From Hormiphora californensis (taxonomy: Eukaryota > Animalia > Ctenophora), in NCBI GenBank assembly GCA_020137815.1, contig CM035354.1, positions 4,278,001 through 4,342,000 on the forward strand: DNA of 64,000 nucleotides, written 5' to 3'. This document shows, piece by piece, positions 24,201 through 37,700 of this stretch. Position numbers and translations under genes: made by a program. Under the pieces are notes generated by a model that ran no database searches, was not told where the DNA came from, and saw only the letters and a list, made by a program, of their open reading frames with translations. Every line of letters starts with the position of its first letter. The stretch's first letter is position 1.

Positions 24201-26895
24201 CTGGAAAAGTGCAAGAGTGATATGGAACAGAAGATTGAGATGCTACTAAAGGAGAAGGAAGCACTTGAAAAGTTAGAGGTGGAGCACGAGGACCTCAGTA
24301 AAGACCACGATGCCACAGTGAAGGATCTCTCAACTGCCCAGAAGGACCTTGAAAAACTTTCCAACCAAAAGGACGAGGTGGGATATTAAACTACAATTCA
24401 ATAGCGGGCTAGATGTAGAAAATCAGCCATAAAATCATTTAATTAATTAACTAATTAAACTCTTGTTTCAGATTGATGTTGAGAATAAGCGAGTAAAGGC
24501 AGAGAACACTAAGCTGTCCATTGAGCTGACCGACCTAAAGAAGACCCTGGCGGGTAAGGGAGACGGAGAAAAGGCGATGTTAGAGGCCAGTAATGAACTG
24601 AGAGTTGTCCGAGATGAGCTGGAGAACCTACTTGAGATCATATCAACCAAGGACACCAAAATAGCTGACCTAAACTTCGAGTTGGAGGAGATACAGGACA
24701 AACTGGAGCAGACTAACCAGGAGAGTGAGGCTAAGAATGAGGAAATCAAGACACTGCGCTCCCAGGTAATTCCCAAATTAAATTGGCCTCAGAATGAGTT
24801 GTGTATAGGGACCGGCCCAATGACTCAATGACAAGTACAGTAGTACTGATCCATTCAAATTTTAGCTGTATCATTTCTAAGCACTATAACAATCTCTCTA
24901 GGTAAGGGAGGTTGATAGGCAGAAGGAGAGGGAGGGAGAACTTGATCTTGATGCTGCAAATGTGCTCCGAGAAAAGGAGGAACAACTGCAAAGAAAGGAA
25001 GAATGGATTGAGAGCTACAAGGCCAAGATAGAGGTAAGATGTGGTAGAGATATTGGTAGTTTGGTATGTTATTCCCCTCCTGTTGTTGAGCAGCGTGCAA
25101 GATGTTACAGTCAGTGCCTGACAACTCTCCCGCGATTTCCTTCACGGAAAGATCAGTGCCGGGGTCAGGGCTAACACTCAAACATCACAACTAAACGGTG
25201 ATTTAATATTTTGTTTTGTTTCCAGGGTCTGGAGAAGTCTCGTCTTGCTGTTGAGGATGAAAAGATGAAGATGAAGGAAGAAAGGAAGGGGCTGGAAAAA
25301 CAAATCAGAGATCTGCTAGAAACTGTAAGTTCAGCTCCTGATTACCAAACTGTGTGTCGTCAGTGTTCCAAAATTCTAACAATTTGCATGTAAAATAGAT
25401 TTTGATATTTCTCCGTTATTTCTTTTTTCTCTGAACTTGTACTTGGTTGGCTCAGCTCTTCTCTCATCTCTTTCTCTCCTCTTCTCTCTTTGCACATTAT
25501 CTTCATGATCTCTACATATTGCATGGTCTTCTTGCTATTCAAGGTTGAGGGGAAGGAGCGGGATGTGGAGGTCATGAATGAGGTCCTAGTGGAGATAGAG
25601 GCGGAGAAGGAAACATTGGAGGGGAGGAATATGGAGCTGCAGGACCAGGTTGATGACCTGACTCTGGAAAGAGATGAACTGGAGATGAGTGTTGCTGCAG
25701 TGGACAAGGTAGGAACTCATGGACACAACTAATGTGGCCGGATAGGATGGGGGTATTATATGTGTTACGTGTGGTTGATCTTGTGTGTCGCATGATTCAT
25801 GTTTCTCTATTTCAAAAAAAAGTAAAGCCATGATGTGACCACAACTACAATTCGTTATTTTTCAGCCCAAGGGTGATTTGGTCAGGAAACTTCACCTTGT
25901 CGAGGAAGAGTTAAAACAGGTAGGAAGAGCCCATTCCCTCTCCCAGAAAAACAATGAATGTTACATGTATTTTGGGTTTATTGTTTTCTAAATTCAAGAA
26001 CTAATCTGACTGTGTCCTCAGACCAAAGCCCGCATCCAGGCGACAGAGGATGGGAAACAGCAGGAGATTGACATGAAGGATATGAAGTCCCCAGAGGAGG
26101 TTGCAAAGATTATTGAGGACATCAAGGAGGCATTTGAGGATGAAATAGCAGATCTGCTGATGCAGGAACGGGAACAGTTCGAGAAGGATAGGGCAGAGTT
26201 TCATAGGGAACGAGAGGATTTCAAACAGGAACAAGAGGTGAGATAGACTGATAATAGCATACTGATGCAAGATGACTCCATACTCCACCTCCTTCTCCAA
26301 CCAAGTTAACAAACTAAGACAGCCCCAACCCATCACAGGAGTTTCTGAAACAAGCGGAGGAGATTGCAGCTGAGCAGATGGAGGGTGCCCAGAATAATCG
26401 GTCAGGTGAGTCAGGGTCTAAACCTGTCATGTTATAAATATTTTAGTGCCCACATTTGTTTACTGAGTGGCAGATACCCGAACATTGAGACATTGCAGTG
26501 ACACTACTAAAACTGCTGCACACCTATAGATACCCAACAAGAGGATGTGTTGAGTAGCAGTCTAGATCGCGTCTTGGTATCAGATCTGAGGGCCCATTTA
26601 GGGCAACCATCCTCAGACGAAGATGGCCCGACCAGAGTTGTTCATTTTTAGGTTCTATAACGGCTGAACAAGATGATTTTCAATATACTGCTGATAACTT
26701 CATTTAGCAACACAGAGCTCACTTCTTAACCGCCGTCATTTCATGACACATGATTACAAGCCCCTTTTATCCCTGCGAGATTGCAAGGGCTCCTTCCAGA
26801 GACTGCCCCTAATTAATTAGATGCAGCCTAGCCTTTTGTAATTGTTATTATAATTTAGATCTAACACCCGTCCTTTTTAGGAAGTTAACGAGTGA
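8174..26895 (+). CDS. Large multi-exon (~30 exons) protein with a Ser/Pro/Arg-rich disordered N-terminus and a long coiled-coil rod, possibly ciliary or centrosomal; alternative stops at 26651 or 26895
   Basis: Phase-compatible GT-AG exon chain from ATG 8174 (e.g. 8607-8896, 9539-10179, 10279-10426, 11846-11985, 13044-13188, 14173-14298, 18638-18763 ... 24472-24765, 26041-26237, 26339-26405) encoding E/K/L-rich heptads; AATAAA at ~26936; some boundaries approximate. Confidence 0.8.
12710..12994. mobile_element. Insertion containing a perfect palindrome with 113-bp arms, flanked by a 12-bp direct repeat (putative TSD)
   Basis: Arms 12757-12869 / 12882-12994; atgttacgaact at 12698-12709 and 12995-13006. 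Confidence 0.75.
13612..13830. repeat. (CT)n microsatellite; similar tracts at ~11186-11237, 18224-18335, 27466-27585 and 31170-31320
   Basis: Direct reading. Confidence 0.95.
14586..18171. mobile_element. Composite non-autonomous element (Helentron/HINE-like or other DNA transposon) carrying a (TCTA)n tract and tandem arrays
   Basis: CCCGGG motifs at ~14588, ~14978 and ~18164; (TCTA/TATG)n at 14983-15028; GC hairpins; no coding capacity; class uncertain. Confidence 0.5.
15484..17913. repeat. Higher-order tandem array A-A-A'-B-A-B-B-B (A ~140 bp, B ~474 bp)
   Basis: A starts (attcggggcctggcaagg) at 15484, 15628, 15768, 16357; B anchor catagatattttt at 15909, 16517, 16992, 17466. Confidence 0.95.
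18087..18434. repeat. 75-bp perfect inverted repeat enclosing a (GA)n tract
   Basis: 18087-18161 is the reverse complement of 18360-18434. Confidence 0.9.
22155..22810 (+). promoter_or_regulatory. Candidate internal promoter (X-boxes) and alternative first exon 22731-22810 of the coiled-coil gene
   Basis: GTTGCCATGGTAAC 22155, GTTACCATGGAGAC 22591, three 30-bp repeats containing CCTAGCAAC; ATG 22731 MLSEEELDRIKRDKRWYKTAFTALTAK with a phase-2 donor matching the acceptor at 22944. Confidence 0.6.
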
Positions 26896-27492
26896 AGGAA
26901 CGATAGTTTTAATGTAAAAGCAGAAGAGATACTGGAATAAACCTAGAAAAGCCTGTAAATATTACAAGATATAGCATGGACTGTGTGCAGTATTGGGTCA
27001 TGTTTTAGATTTATGACCACTTTTGGCGATTGTATCCTGTGCTTTACACATGCCCACATGTACATACTATCTTATATTCAACCAATTATCGAATCAGCCT
27101 TTTTTAACGTGACGAGATCTTTTATATCAACATTGCAGCTCCCGTCCCTGACTATATTAAGGGACGAGGTAGCTGCTACAGTATACTGTTACCCTATTTC
27201 TTAATTGATTGAACTTTTAAAGGAAAACGTTTTACTTCTAATTCGGTGTCGGTACTGGATCATGGAATGGAATTATGTGCTGGATCGGAGTGGTCAAGTT
27301 TGGATCAGTAGAAACTATTCCCACGGTCGACCCACATGCAGTGCGCGCAGTGGAAAGTTGTGTGCTTTAGTTATAAGGAAGGACGCCGCGCGTACCAGGC
27401 CCCATTCTCTCAACCAAATCCAATCTGTCCCAACATGGCTTCAGAAGCAAGAACTTGTGGAGCTATCTCTCTCTCTCTCTCTCTCTCTCTTT

Positions 27493-27549
<57 letters not shown>

Positions 27550-27839
27550 TCTCTTTTACTCTCTCTCTCCCTGTTTCTCTCTCTTTTAGTAAGTCAAGCT
27601 TTCGCTGCAATCGTTAATTGGTTTACAGCGTGTATATGTGTACACGGTTTACAGGAGAAAATGGTGACTTTTCAGAGCTTGGAGCAATACAGAGCTTACT
27701 TGGAAATTGAAAATGCGGTTTTGTTGGTGATTTGATATAAATAAGGTTAAGATTTAAAAATGTTAAATTTACAAACAAAAAACTCGCTTTCCCACATGAC
27801 AAACCCTATAAATTATAAAAGTTAAAACCCCAACTCATA

Positions 27840-27934
27840 TTTGGTAACGCAGTTCCCCCTACATTGCGGGCACGCTAAAACGTGCCTTACTATGATCGCA
27901 ATGCCCTCGACAGAGGGGTAACTTCGTTACCAAA
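27840..27934. mobile_element. Short MITE-like element; related copy at 57646-57703
   Basis: Imperfect TIRs tttggtaacgcagttcccc / ggggtaacttcgttaccaaa; second copy ttggttacgaaatcacccct / aggggtaatttcattaccaa. Confidence 0.5.
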
Positions 27935-27987
27935 ACTCATATATGGCCTCAGAGTCCCAAAAGAGTTCTTGGCGTCACAGTGATGTT

Positions 27988-30363
27988 TCATTGTCTGACA
28001 TTGGATCGAAGGTTCCACATTTGTTTGAGGACTTCCTGACACTCATTGTACTGTCGAAATGGGGGAACTCCACTCGTCTCACTGTGAGTTAAAAACTGAA
28101 AAGAAGGAGGACCAGTATGAGGGCACAAAATGAGACTTAAAATGAGACTCATACAAAGCAGAGGAGTTCCTGGGAAACAATACCAACTCATATTGACAAT
28201 TACCTTCATTATTTTAGAGGGACTGATGGATGAGTTGCCAGTTGAGACGAACTTGCCAACAACACTTTCCACAGATTTACCAGCACGTATTAACTTCTCA
28301 CCTCCACCACACGCACACTTTACCCCACAACACCTAATTAGGTGAATAATGTGTTTATATAGATTGATCAGGAATTTAATTGGAAAGTTACACTTTAATT
28401 ACCTAATAACTTGATCTTCAATACCTGTGTCGAATAGCGGGGGATAAGTTGGGGAACTGTGGCCACTGCTCCCTGCACGGTACACAGGAACAATCAAAAT
28501 GGTATTGTTGTCGAAGATGCTTTCTCCGTTCTCCCTTCGTGTGGGTGGCGTAGTGATACCCGTAGTTGTCTACCACTTCTTCTCCTTTTGGAATTGATCT
28601 CAGGGCTCGTAAAACTGTCGTGCTCCTGATCAAGAATTAGTGGTTAGAGATGATAGTTTGGAAAAGTTATACCCAAATATTTAGAGAAATTGAACATGAA
28701 TTACCCGATAGAATGGCGGACCACGCTAGGGTTGCAGGAGTGGTTAATTAGACTGAGAAAAGGGTAAGCTCCGGCGCCAATATCTTCGTTTAAAGAATAC
28801 CTGTAAAATAAAACTTGGTATAACTAGGTTGTACACTTATACCAATTACAATATTTAGTCAGCAGCAATTATACTACATGGAGAAATGTCGCGGCTATAC
28901 GTTGCTATAACAACAAGTTTTATGGAGACACATTTCCAATGTGTGCCACTAACTGAAAGTAAAATATTTAAAACCACCAACCTGAAATCAGGCTGAACAA
29001 CCAACTCAGAGATTTCATGAGCGTTACAAGGGTAACTCTGGAGGGTTTTCAGTAAAACCACCTGAACCACCTCCCTCAGCCTTCCATGGTCAGTAAACTC
29101 ATCTTCTCCACACCGAGAAACACAAATTGGTACTTTCCCAACCCTAATCATGTGATCCTCATCGCACCAAGGGAGCCGGGCGATGAAGGTGGAGAGGAAG
29201 ATGGAGAGACATGCCCGCCGGAGAATGTCCATTGGGGATCGGTGGGAGAAATTGGTAATAAGGGAGACTGTTTGCTGGAAGCGTGTTGACGTTTCCTGGA
29301 ACAAAGTTAATGTTACATTTTAATCACAAAAAGTTTGAACATCACCTGATGAAATCTAACATGTCTACCTGATTTTTAGCGAGCCGTAACACGTCCTTCT
29401 TCCACACCAGGACCGTCCTCAGAGCTAAATAAACCATTTTAGGAAGGCTTCGTAACTCGTGAAGGTAACCGCATTCAACAGAATGGGTTGGTAGGTCGGA
29501 GGTGCGGCATTCGGTGGAACAGTATACAATATCAGGGCATTCCTCACACGGTACTGGGTAACTGGAGATGTGGATATGTTTAGTGGTTTGGAGCAACTCA
29601 ACAACACAGGAAATGAGGTATTGAGGTGAAGGAAGGAAGTTCGGGGAAGAGGTATGAAAGGGGTTTACATGGTAGCAAATAATCCCTCTCTCTGAGAGTG
29701 TTACTTACCGGGTAGGTCGATAACAGCGGTTGCAATGTGTCGGCCAATGTTCTGGAAGTAGTGTTGATACTGTCGGTTCTTCAATTGCAATAACCTCACC
29801 TGTTGAAACAGGACTCTAAAACTATCATTATAGTCTGTTCTCTTACTCAAAAGTTAACCGTCAAATTAAAAAGGACCTAGTTTTGACATGTATTTGCTCA
29901 ACTAACCGATAGCGATATCTCTAGTAGCCACGATATGCCGTCCTCTCTCCTCGCACTCTCTCACCTCCACACTCCCCTCTACATACGGATACTCAGGGGA
30001 CATGACCTGGCCTCCTGGCAGCTTGGGTAGTTTAGTAGAACAAGGGCCACCCAGATCTTCTCCCCGCTCCCTCATAATAATATCAAGAGTTGTCGGGGAG
30101 GTACAGTTTCGAACTGCCTCGGCTAGCTCTGTTAAAGCTGCATTTCTCTCTCCCAGGGCCCTTAGTTCCCGTCCAAAGGCTAGGTGAGCCTGAGCGAGGT
30201 CTTCGGATTTCTGGGATGGGATCAGTGGGTTGCAGGAAATGTTTGCAATCGGTCTGAGATAGGCTAGGAGGTCATCCTCGGTGGCTCGATGAGATATGAT
30301 GTCAAGAGTGGATAAATTGGCTCGTAGGAATTCCTTGTATTGCCTCTCAAAGTGAGAATACAT
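27988..30363 (-). CDS. SMYD4: SET and MYND domain lysine methyltransferase, SMYD4-like (8 exons)
   Basis: RGRHIVATRDIAIGE, MYND finger (CNRC...PCEECPDIVYCSTECR...HSVEC), LINHSCNP, DNYG, YHFDCSCVPC post-SET; TPR-like N-terminus. Confidence 0.85.
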
Positions 30364-31215
30364 GCGTGGTAATGCTGCTGCAACGGGAATCTTGTTGAGT
30401 TTTCGGTAGATATAAATAAACTAGAAACAAGATGAGGGCTAACTGCAATTAGTTAATAGGCTATATATTTGTATTTATCTCTACACATAGTCAAAGTACC
30501 CAGTGTACGGTCGAAACAAATACATAAATGTTCCAAAGAGAGGAGCGAGTGAGAGAGAGTGTGTGTGGAAGTGTGAGTGTAGAAGCTGTCAACACTGCAG
30601 CAGTAGCAGGAATAGTGAGAGAGATAATAGCACGTATAACATACACAAAAGTTACTGGGCAGTGGGCGGAGCTACTAAAAAGATCGCCTACTGTTACTAT
30701 CATTTCTCATTCTGCAGCGACTTACTCCAGGCTACTGGGGACTGAGCTAGTTATATACAGGGTATATTGAACGAGGAAAAGGGAATTAACGCGGTGGGCC
30801 ACGGGTACCGGAAAACCCTATAACATTGCACAAAGAGTCGAATGTAGGTAAGAGCAAGCTAACAGAGCAAATACACCTCCCTCATTCTGATTCAAATACA
30901 CATACCATCAGCATACCATTATACAACCATGCCTGTCATATTGAGTTGCTTGTGAGCAGATTCAAACACAAGCTGCTAAGAAATAAAGCGAGGTTACAAA
31001 CATGTCTGTTAAGACAGAGAAACAAGAAGAACTCACTTCCTACTGAACTAAGAGCAGCATGAAATTCTATCAAGGAGATCTAGTATGTAGTTGGAACTAG
31101 GAAGAAACTTTAGTCGTATTCCACTAGTCCACTACCCATTGCGGTCATTTGATTTCGGGGCGGCACAGAGAGAGGGGAAGGGAGGAGAGAAAGAGATAGA
31201 GAGAGAGAGAGAGAT

Positions 31216-31266
<51 letters not shown>

Positions 31267-31744
31267 TCGAGGAGATCTAGAGATAGAGAGAGAGAAAGGA
31301 AGAGAGAGAGAGATAGAGATACGAGAGCAGAGATCATATCTCTGCTCTCGCATCTATCCCTCGAGCTTCTGAGATAGACGAGATTCAATATAGCTCTAGC
31401 TCTATCTCTACTATCCCTCTGGTTTCTCTTCCTCTATCTCTCCTTTCATCCCTCCTCTTCTCCATTAATGAAGGGGCACTGCAGATTAAGAAGGCAGTCA
31501 CAAGAAAAACCTGTCTATTGGGGTGGGGCTGAAATCAGAGTCCGTGTCGACTGAATCAGATTCAGCTCAAAGAAACACATGCTGGCCCTGAAATAAAATA
31601 GCGATTTCATCCAACGCGACTTGTGGTTTGACAATATTTTATGCGGCGCGCTTTTTATGCGCGGCGCAGCATTTGAAAATTTATTTGCTCGTGAAAAAAG
31701 TTTCCAAAACTTTTGTCGGATTTTTGGACTCATTTTTTGCTTTC

Positions 31745-32132
31745 ATAAGGAACCATAATAAAGTTCAAGAGCCTCCAAGAGCACCCAAGAGCGCACCCGA
31801 TCGAAGAGAGACCGCACCTGAGAGCGCACCACACCCAAAAGAGACCACAACCAAGAGCGCACCACCTCCAGAAGACACCACTTCAAGAGCGCACCACATC
31901 AAAGAGAGTTCCCCATCCAGAAGATACCACGCGCAGGGGACACCACGCGCAGAAGAGACCAGCGCGGCGTTGTATTTGCGCGTGCGGTCTCTTCTGCGCG
32001 TGGTGTCCCCTGCGCGCGGTATCTTCTGGATGGGGAGCTCTCTTTGATGTGGTGCGCTCTTGAAGTGGTGTCTTTTGGAGGTGGTGCGCTCTTGGATGGG
32101 GTGCGCTCTTGAACTTTATTATGGTTCCTTAT
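31745..32132. mobile_element. ~390-bp foldback/MITE with internally repetitive arms
   Basis: ataaggaaccataataaagttcaagagc / gctcttgaactttattatggttccttat; inner arms ~31852-31966 / ~31985-32096; aagagcgcacc sub-repeats. Confidence 0.8.
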
Positions 32133-32435
32133 TTCTGACTTCTTGCTGCGCCTGTGTGCGTCGATTTTTGACATGCCGACTGCCGAGATCAAAGTCAAAC
32201 ACTTTCAAGCTATCTGATATCTCATTCTGTTAAAATCATCGCGGAAACGTCAAAACTTCTCTCGCAGCCCCTGGTACTTGGGCCCCGCTCGCGGGGCTCT
32301 GTCCCACGCGGCACGCCCTGGCCTTGGCTGCCGCCCGGGCGCACAGGGACACGCTGGGCCTCCGTCAATTTTGAAGAATCTTATAATCTGTTAACAATTA
32401 GATACAGTATGGTGGTGAGATAGTAAGATATAAAG

Positions 32436-34491
32436 ATGCCACCAGCAGTCGAGGGAAGCGGTGAGGAGGCGTTCTCCAACCCTATCGCCCCGGCAAACCT
32501 ACCCCGAGACGAGGATGGAGAAGAGAAAAACTCCTTTGTCAAGCCGTGAGTGATGGTCAAACTTCATATTATAATCCGGTGTTTCGACTGCCCTAATATC
32601 TCTGTCACTAATTCTCTAAACTCCCCCAGGTCCAATTTGACGAATGCTGACTTCCGTAAGATGATGATGACCCCAGGGCCAAGATCCAGTGGCAGTGCTG
32701 CTGCCAAGGGTTCCCAGGGCGGACAAAAGAAGTCCCGAGATGCGGACCGGGAAAAGATGAGGGAAAGGGAACTCCGCTTGCGAGATAAGAAGGTGACTGG
32801 TGAGAAAATGTGAGAAACGAGGAGCTGTTATTGAGTTTACTGTTTACTGTTTTTGTCATCTTTACTAACACATTTCATTGCAGCAAAAGAAGAGCGAGTA
32901 TTTGGAGTACAAGAAGACTACAGAAGCTCGACAGAAAGAGCTCAATGAGAAGTACAGGGACAGGGCCGGCGAGAGGAGGGTTGAGCAGAAAAACTTTGAG
33001 ATAGCAAACTTTGCTACCCCTGCCAACCCATATGCTCCTACTGCACAAACTATTGGAACGATGGCGGACAGACGAAAACAGACAATCCAAGAATCCAAGT
33101 TTTTGGGAGGAGACATGGAGCATACTCATTTGGTGAAAGGTCTCGATTTCGCTCTTCTCCAGAAGATGAGGGAAGAAATGTCAAAGTCGGAGCAAACGGA
33201 AAAGGTTAAAAAAGATGAAATTGTTAAGAAAATTGATATAAAAGGTGACACCAGCTTGTCCAAGTCAAAACTCGCCCCCGTTTCGGAAGAGGGAGTTCGT
33301 TTTAAATCGGCAATGGCAGAAAACGTCCATCGGTTGTTGTTCCTTCACCGGCCTCCCGATCGAAATGAGCTGTTTGCCCAAAACCGGATGGCCTACGTTG
33401 TTGAGCTGGATGACGAATTTGCCGAATCAGACATCCCAACGACCCTCATCCGGAGTAAAGCAGAAGCGAAAGTGGGAACAGAAACACGAACACTGTCGAA
33501 CAATGACAACGTGATCAACAAGCTGACACAGATTCTGAGTTATCTCCGACAGGGAAACAGGGGCAAGAAACATCACAAGAAGAAAGACAAGGCTAAGTTT
33601 GACCAATTTGATGCTGCTCATTCGAAACCGGCACCAATCTCAACGTCACAAGAGGACGATATCTTCGCAGGGGTTGGAGAGTATGTTCCGGCTGGTATGC
33701 CGGGGGCCCCCGCTCCTAAATCCCTCGACAAGCCAGTCTCATACTTCGGTGAGTATGACAGGGATCACGCTAGGAAAGAGGAGGAGAGGGAGGTGCAGGA
33801 TGCAGTGAAAAGGAGAGCAGTTGAAGCGAGGAAGTTGCGTCTGGACGCCCTCCAACCCCAGGACAGTTACATGGAGTGTTACCCTGGTGCAATGGAGGAA
33901 ACTGCAACATACGACTCAGATGAGGAAGCCGATTACTCAAAAATGGACATGGTATGTATTATTACAGGGGGAGAGGGAGTGGAGGGGCATGGTATTTGGG
34001 GGTTGAGGCATGGTATGCAATATTACGGGGTTTTGGATGGGGTGCAGGCATGGTATTATATGCTATTTTTTTCTGTGATTTGTTCTGTTGGTAACACGCC
34101 TCATATTCCCCCAGGGTAACAAGAAGGGTCCTCTGACTCGGTGGGACTTTGATAGTGAGGATAAATACAACAGTTACATGGACAACAGAGAGGCCCTTCC
34201 CAAGGCTGCATTCCAGTTTGGCATCAAGATGAGCGAGGGCAGGTAGGCAATGTGGGGTGGTGTTGTGAAGATGTTCTAAAATCTGGTGTTTTCACGCTAG
34301 GATTGATCGTTAAATCTATCTCTTCTGAACCAGTTCTCTCCCCTCCCAGGAAAAACAAGAAGCAGACTAAGGCGGCTGACGAGAAGCAGAAGCTCGACCG
34401 GGAGATGCAGAAGATCAATGCACTGTTGAACAAGCGGAAAGCAACAGGAGGAGGGGAGGGTGGTGTTGCTGAGAAAGCAGCCCGTTATTGA
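32436..34491 (+). CDS. IK: Protein Red (IK), spliceosomal B-complex factor; exons 32436-32545, 32630-32792, 32884-33951, 34115-34242, 34350-34491
   Basis: LTNADFRKMMMTP, KYRDRAGERR, IQESKFLGGDMEHTHLVKGLDFALLQK, SDIPTTLIRSKA, YMECYPG, GNKKGPLTRWDFD, EALPKAAFQFGIKM. Confidence 0.96.
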
Positions 34492-34725
34492 AGTGATCTG
34501 AGTTGTTGTTGAGTTGTGATTGAGTTAGACTGTGCTGCAGACCCCAAATATAGACTGTATCAGTGTTTCGAAAGTGGAAGCAAGAATGAATTATAGTGAC
34601 TGTACTGTTCTTCAAGTTTCTCTTATTTTTCACGTCACCCCAATTTTTTGTCTAGTTAGAATCCCATTCAACCTTCCGAAAAACACCTCCACTAACAAAT
34701 ATCTCTAGTAGAATGGTCCGACCTA

Positions 34726-37700
34726 ATGGAGTCATGTACTTTTTCCCAGAGATGTGTGTCTGTTGATGATTACCTCTCGCCCCCAATATCTGGCATCGAT
34801 CCAACAATATGCCCCATAACCCAGCAACCCATCCGAAAGGTAATAAACTTAGAAATATATTGGTGTGACTCATAGCCCATTATAGGCTTGTCATTATTGG
34901 TTATCCAAAGATGAGCGATCTTTCACAATGTTAACCAGTTTTATTATTTCAGGTTCCAGTTCTAAGGATATTTGGTGCTACTCAAAACGGCCAGAAGAGC
35001 TGTACACATGTCCACGGTGTGTTTCCATACCTTCTGGTACCTCGTGATGATATCCCTGATTTCAATCCAGGTAAAAGTCCTCTTCGTTAGACACATCCAA
35101 TGTACAGAGCCATGTAAAATGTAGCCTTCCTGAGACAGGATCTTAGATGCTGGGGATCATTCGAATGTAATAACACAATGCCGCGATACGTTCTGTGTGG
35201 TTATCTAACATCTACCTTCCATTTTACAGCAACAGGTTTAGTGGAGTTCCACAAATCCCTGGAGGCAGTTCTAAACCGGAGCTACGGATCCTCAATGGGT
35301 CAATTTATCCACAGCATTAGACCTGTCGCTGGAATCCCTTTTTACGGGTTTCATGAGACGGAGAGGGTGTTTCTAAGGGTAGAGTTTTACCAACATCGGT
35401 ATATGAAGCGGGCTGCAGAGCAACTTCTACAATGCTGCATCGGGTAAGAAATTTGTTGGTTTGATGCCTCTAACTGAGGTTGCCTTGGTCAACCCTATCT
35501 TACCACGCTCCAGTAAAATAAGGGTGAAAATATACCCTTATGATTGTAACAGCTCACATTGTATACATGTTATTAGAAAAGATAAACTAACAATTGTATT
35601 TCCAGGGACCGTCCTGTCCAGCCGCACGAGGCCCACTACAACTACTCCCTTCAATTCCTAACCGACTACAACATCCACGGCATGAATCTGATCCACTACA
35701 AAAGGGTCATCTTTCGAACAACCGAGGAGGAATATGATAAGATCCGACCAAATATCCCATATCCTGACTACTTAAATCAGGTTTCTACCAACTGATATAG
35801 TATATACCATTGCTGTTGTAATGTGTTGTAATAGCAGTGTGTTCAGTGTTCACCCGAATCCTCTTCCTCAGGTTGTTGATCTTGGAACCGTGCCCCAGCG
35901 TCATCTTCTAAGCCCTGAGAAGGCTGTAAAGCGGTGTGCCAGTGAGCTAGAATTGGATGTCTTGGCTTCAGATATCCTGAATGTTCTATTTATTGATGTG
36001 AACTGCAACCCCGGGCTGAAGTGAGTATTTAACTAGGTTACTTAGTACTTACTAATTAGGTTAGATTACTTATTCAGAAATTGCTTCGATGATTAAGTAA
36101 TTAGTATAGTAACTTGATTTCAATGATGAATGATTATCTACCCTCTTATTTTCAGGGCTATTTGTGATGAGGAAAGACAGCGCCGACACAAAACAGGGAT
36201 TTACACACCTCAAAATAAACCCTCCACGCCAATAAGGGGTAAAGCGAGCCTACCTCAAACCCGCGAATGGGAGTTAAAGTTGCAGAGAATCATCCAGAAC
36301 CAGGTGGTACCTGATCAAGATGTCATGGATTTCCTGGTTGACCTAAACGCCACACAGTTCCAATGCCTCAACTCCTCCCCTTCTTCAAATAGTTCCCAAC
36401 CCCGACTTTCTTCACCCGCTTCCTCAAAAACTCCCTCGTTGCCATCGTCTACTTCACAACCAAAACTAAGGGAGAAGTTGTTACGTCGCCGGCAGCTGAA
36501 CCTTTCCATCAGACCAGATGAAGAAGAAGAGGCTGAAGAAGACGAGGAAAGGGTTTCATTGGAGATGTCCCAGAGAGTTTTCTACCCTTCAGAGGATAGT
36601 AACGACCGTGAACTCCCAACATCTTCTGGTGGGTTGAAACAACAAACATCACTATCTGCAGATTTGGTTCCTAGTTCCCAGAATGGTACCACTACCAGCA
36701 TCAATGTTGTTCGCAGCACTCCACCAGAATTAGTGAAATCAATCCTCATACCCGACACTCCTCCCTCTGAAACAGCTGATCTTCGGGGACCTGAAAATCC
36801 AGAATCTGATGTTCGGGAACCTGAAAAGCTAGAACCTGTTCTTCGGGAAAGCCCAGAACCCGGAAACCCAGAACCTGATCCTCCTACTGAGAGAAATGGA
36901 AGCACTGAGTCAGCAACACAAATCCATCCCACACCGTATCCAAGAGAAACCATGTCTGAAGAAAGTGAAGATGAGTTTGATGAATTTCCGGATAGTTTCC
37001 TTATGCAGTTGGATGGAGCCAACGATTCTGGACCAGAGAAAAGAAAACGAAGGAGGCTGGGTGGAAGGGTAGAACCTTCGACCAGAGTTACTCGTAACAC
37101 AAACAAACTAGGGAAGGCATTGTTTGCTAACACAAAGCCGTCAGTACCCCTTCAGAAACCTTGTAAAATGTCTCCATCGAAAGAAATTGCGTCCAGTTCC
37201 ACTGCATCAGTGCTCTGTTCTCGCCAAATCTCACCACCACCTTCAACTCTCAGAAAATCAGTTGACAAGTCTTCTCCGTTTACAAAATCTCCAGTGAGAG
37301 AACAAAGTAAGTTGCCTCTATCGTCTCCCTTGAAGTCCCCTAGCAACAGACCAGGCATCAGCCGGATAAAACTGAGTCAAGATTCAACTACCAGTGGATT
37401 GTCCCTGTCACAGTTTGAGGACCTACAAAAATTCTCCCCGCGGCCATCACGGGAGAAACGTTACAAACAAATCAACATTGTCTCCCCCTCTACAAGTTCT
37501 CCACCCGCCAGTTCCTCGAGCAGAAGACATCACTTGTCCTCATCCAGGAGGAAGAAGCGGCGTGATAGGACTCCGACCAAGGATAGGAAACCAATGGAGC
37601 GAAAAGCTCTCTTCACACCCCAACGTCAGGACGAATCGCCTCTGAAGTCTGTTACTACGCCCGTCATTCAGTTGTCACATAAAACTTGTCCCCCAAAACA

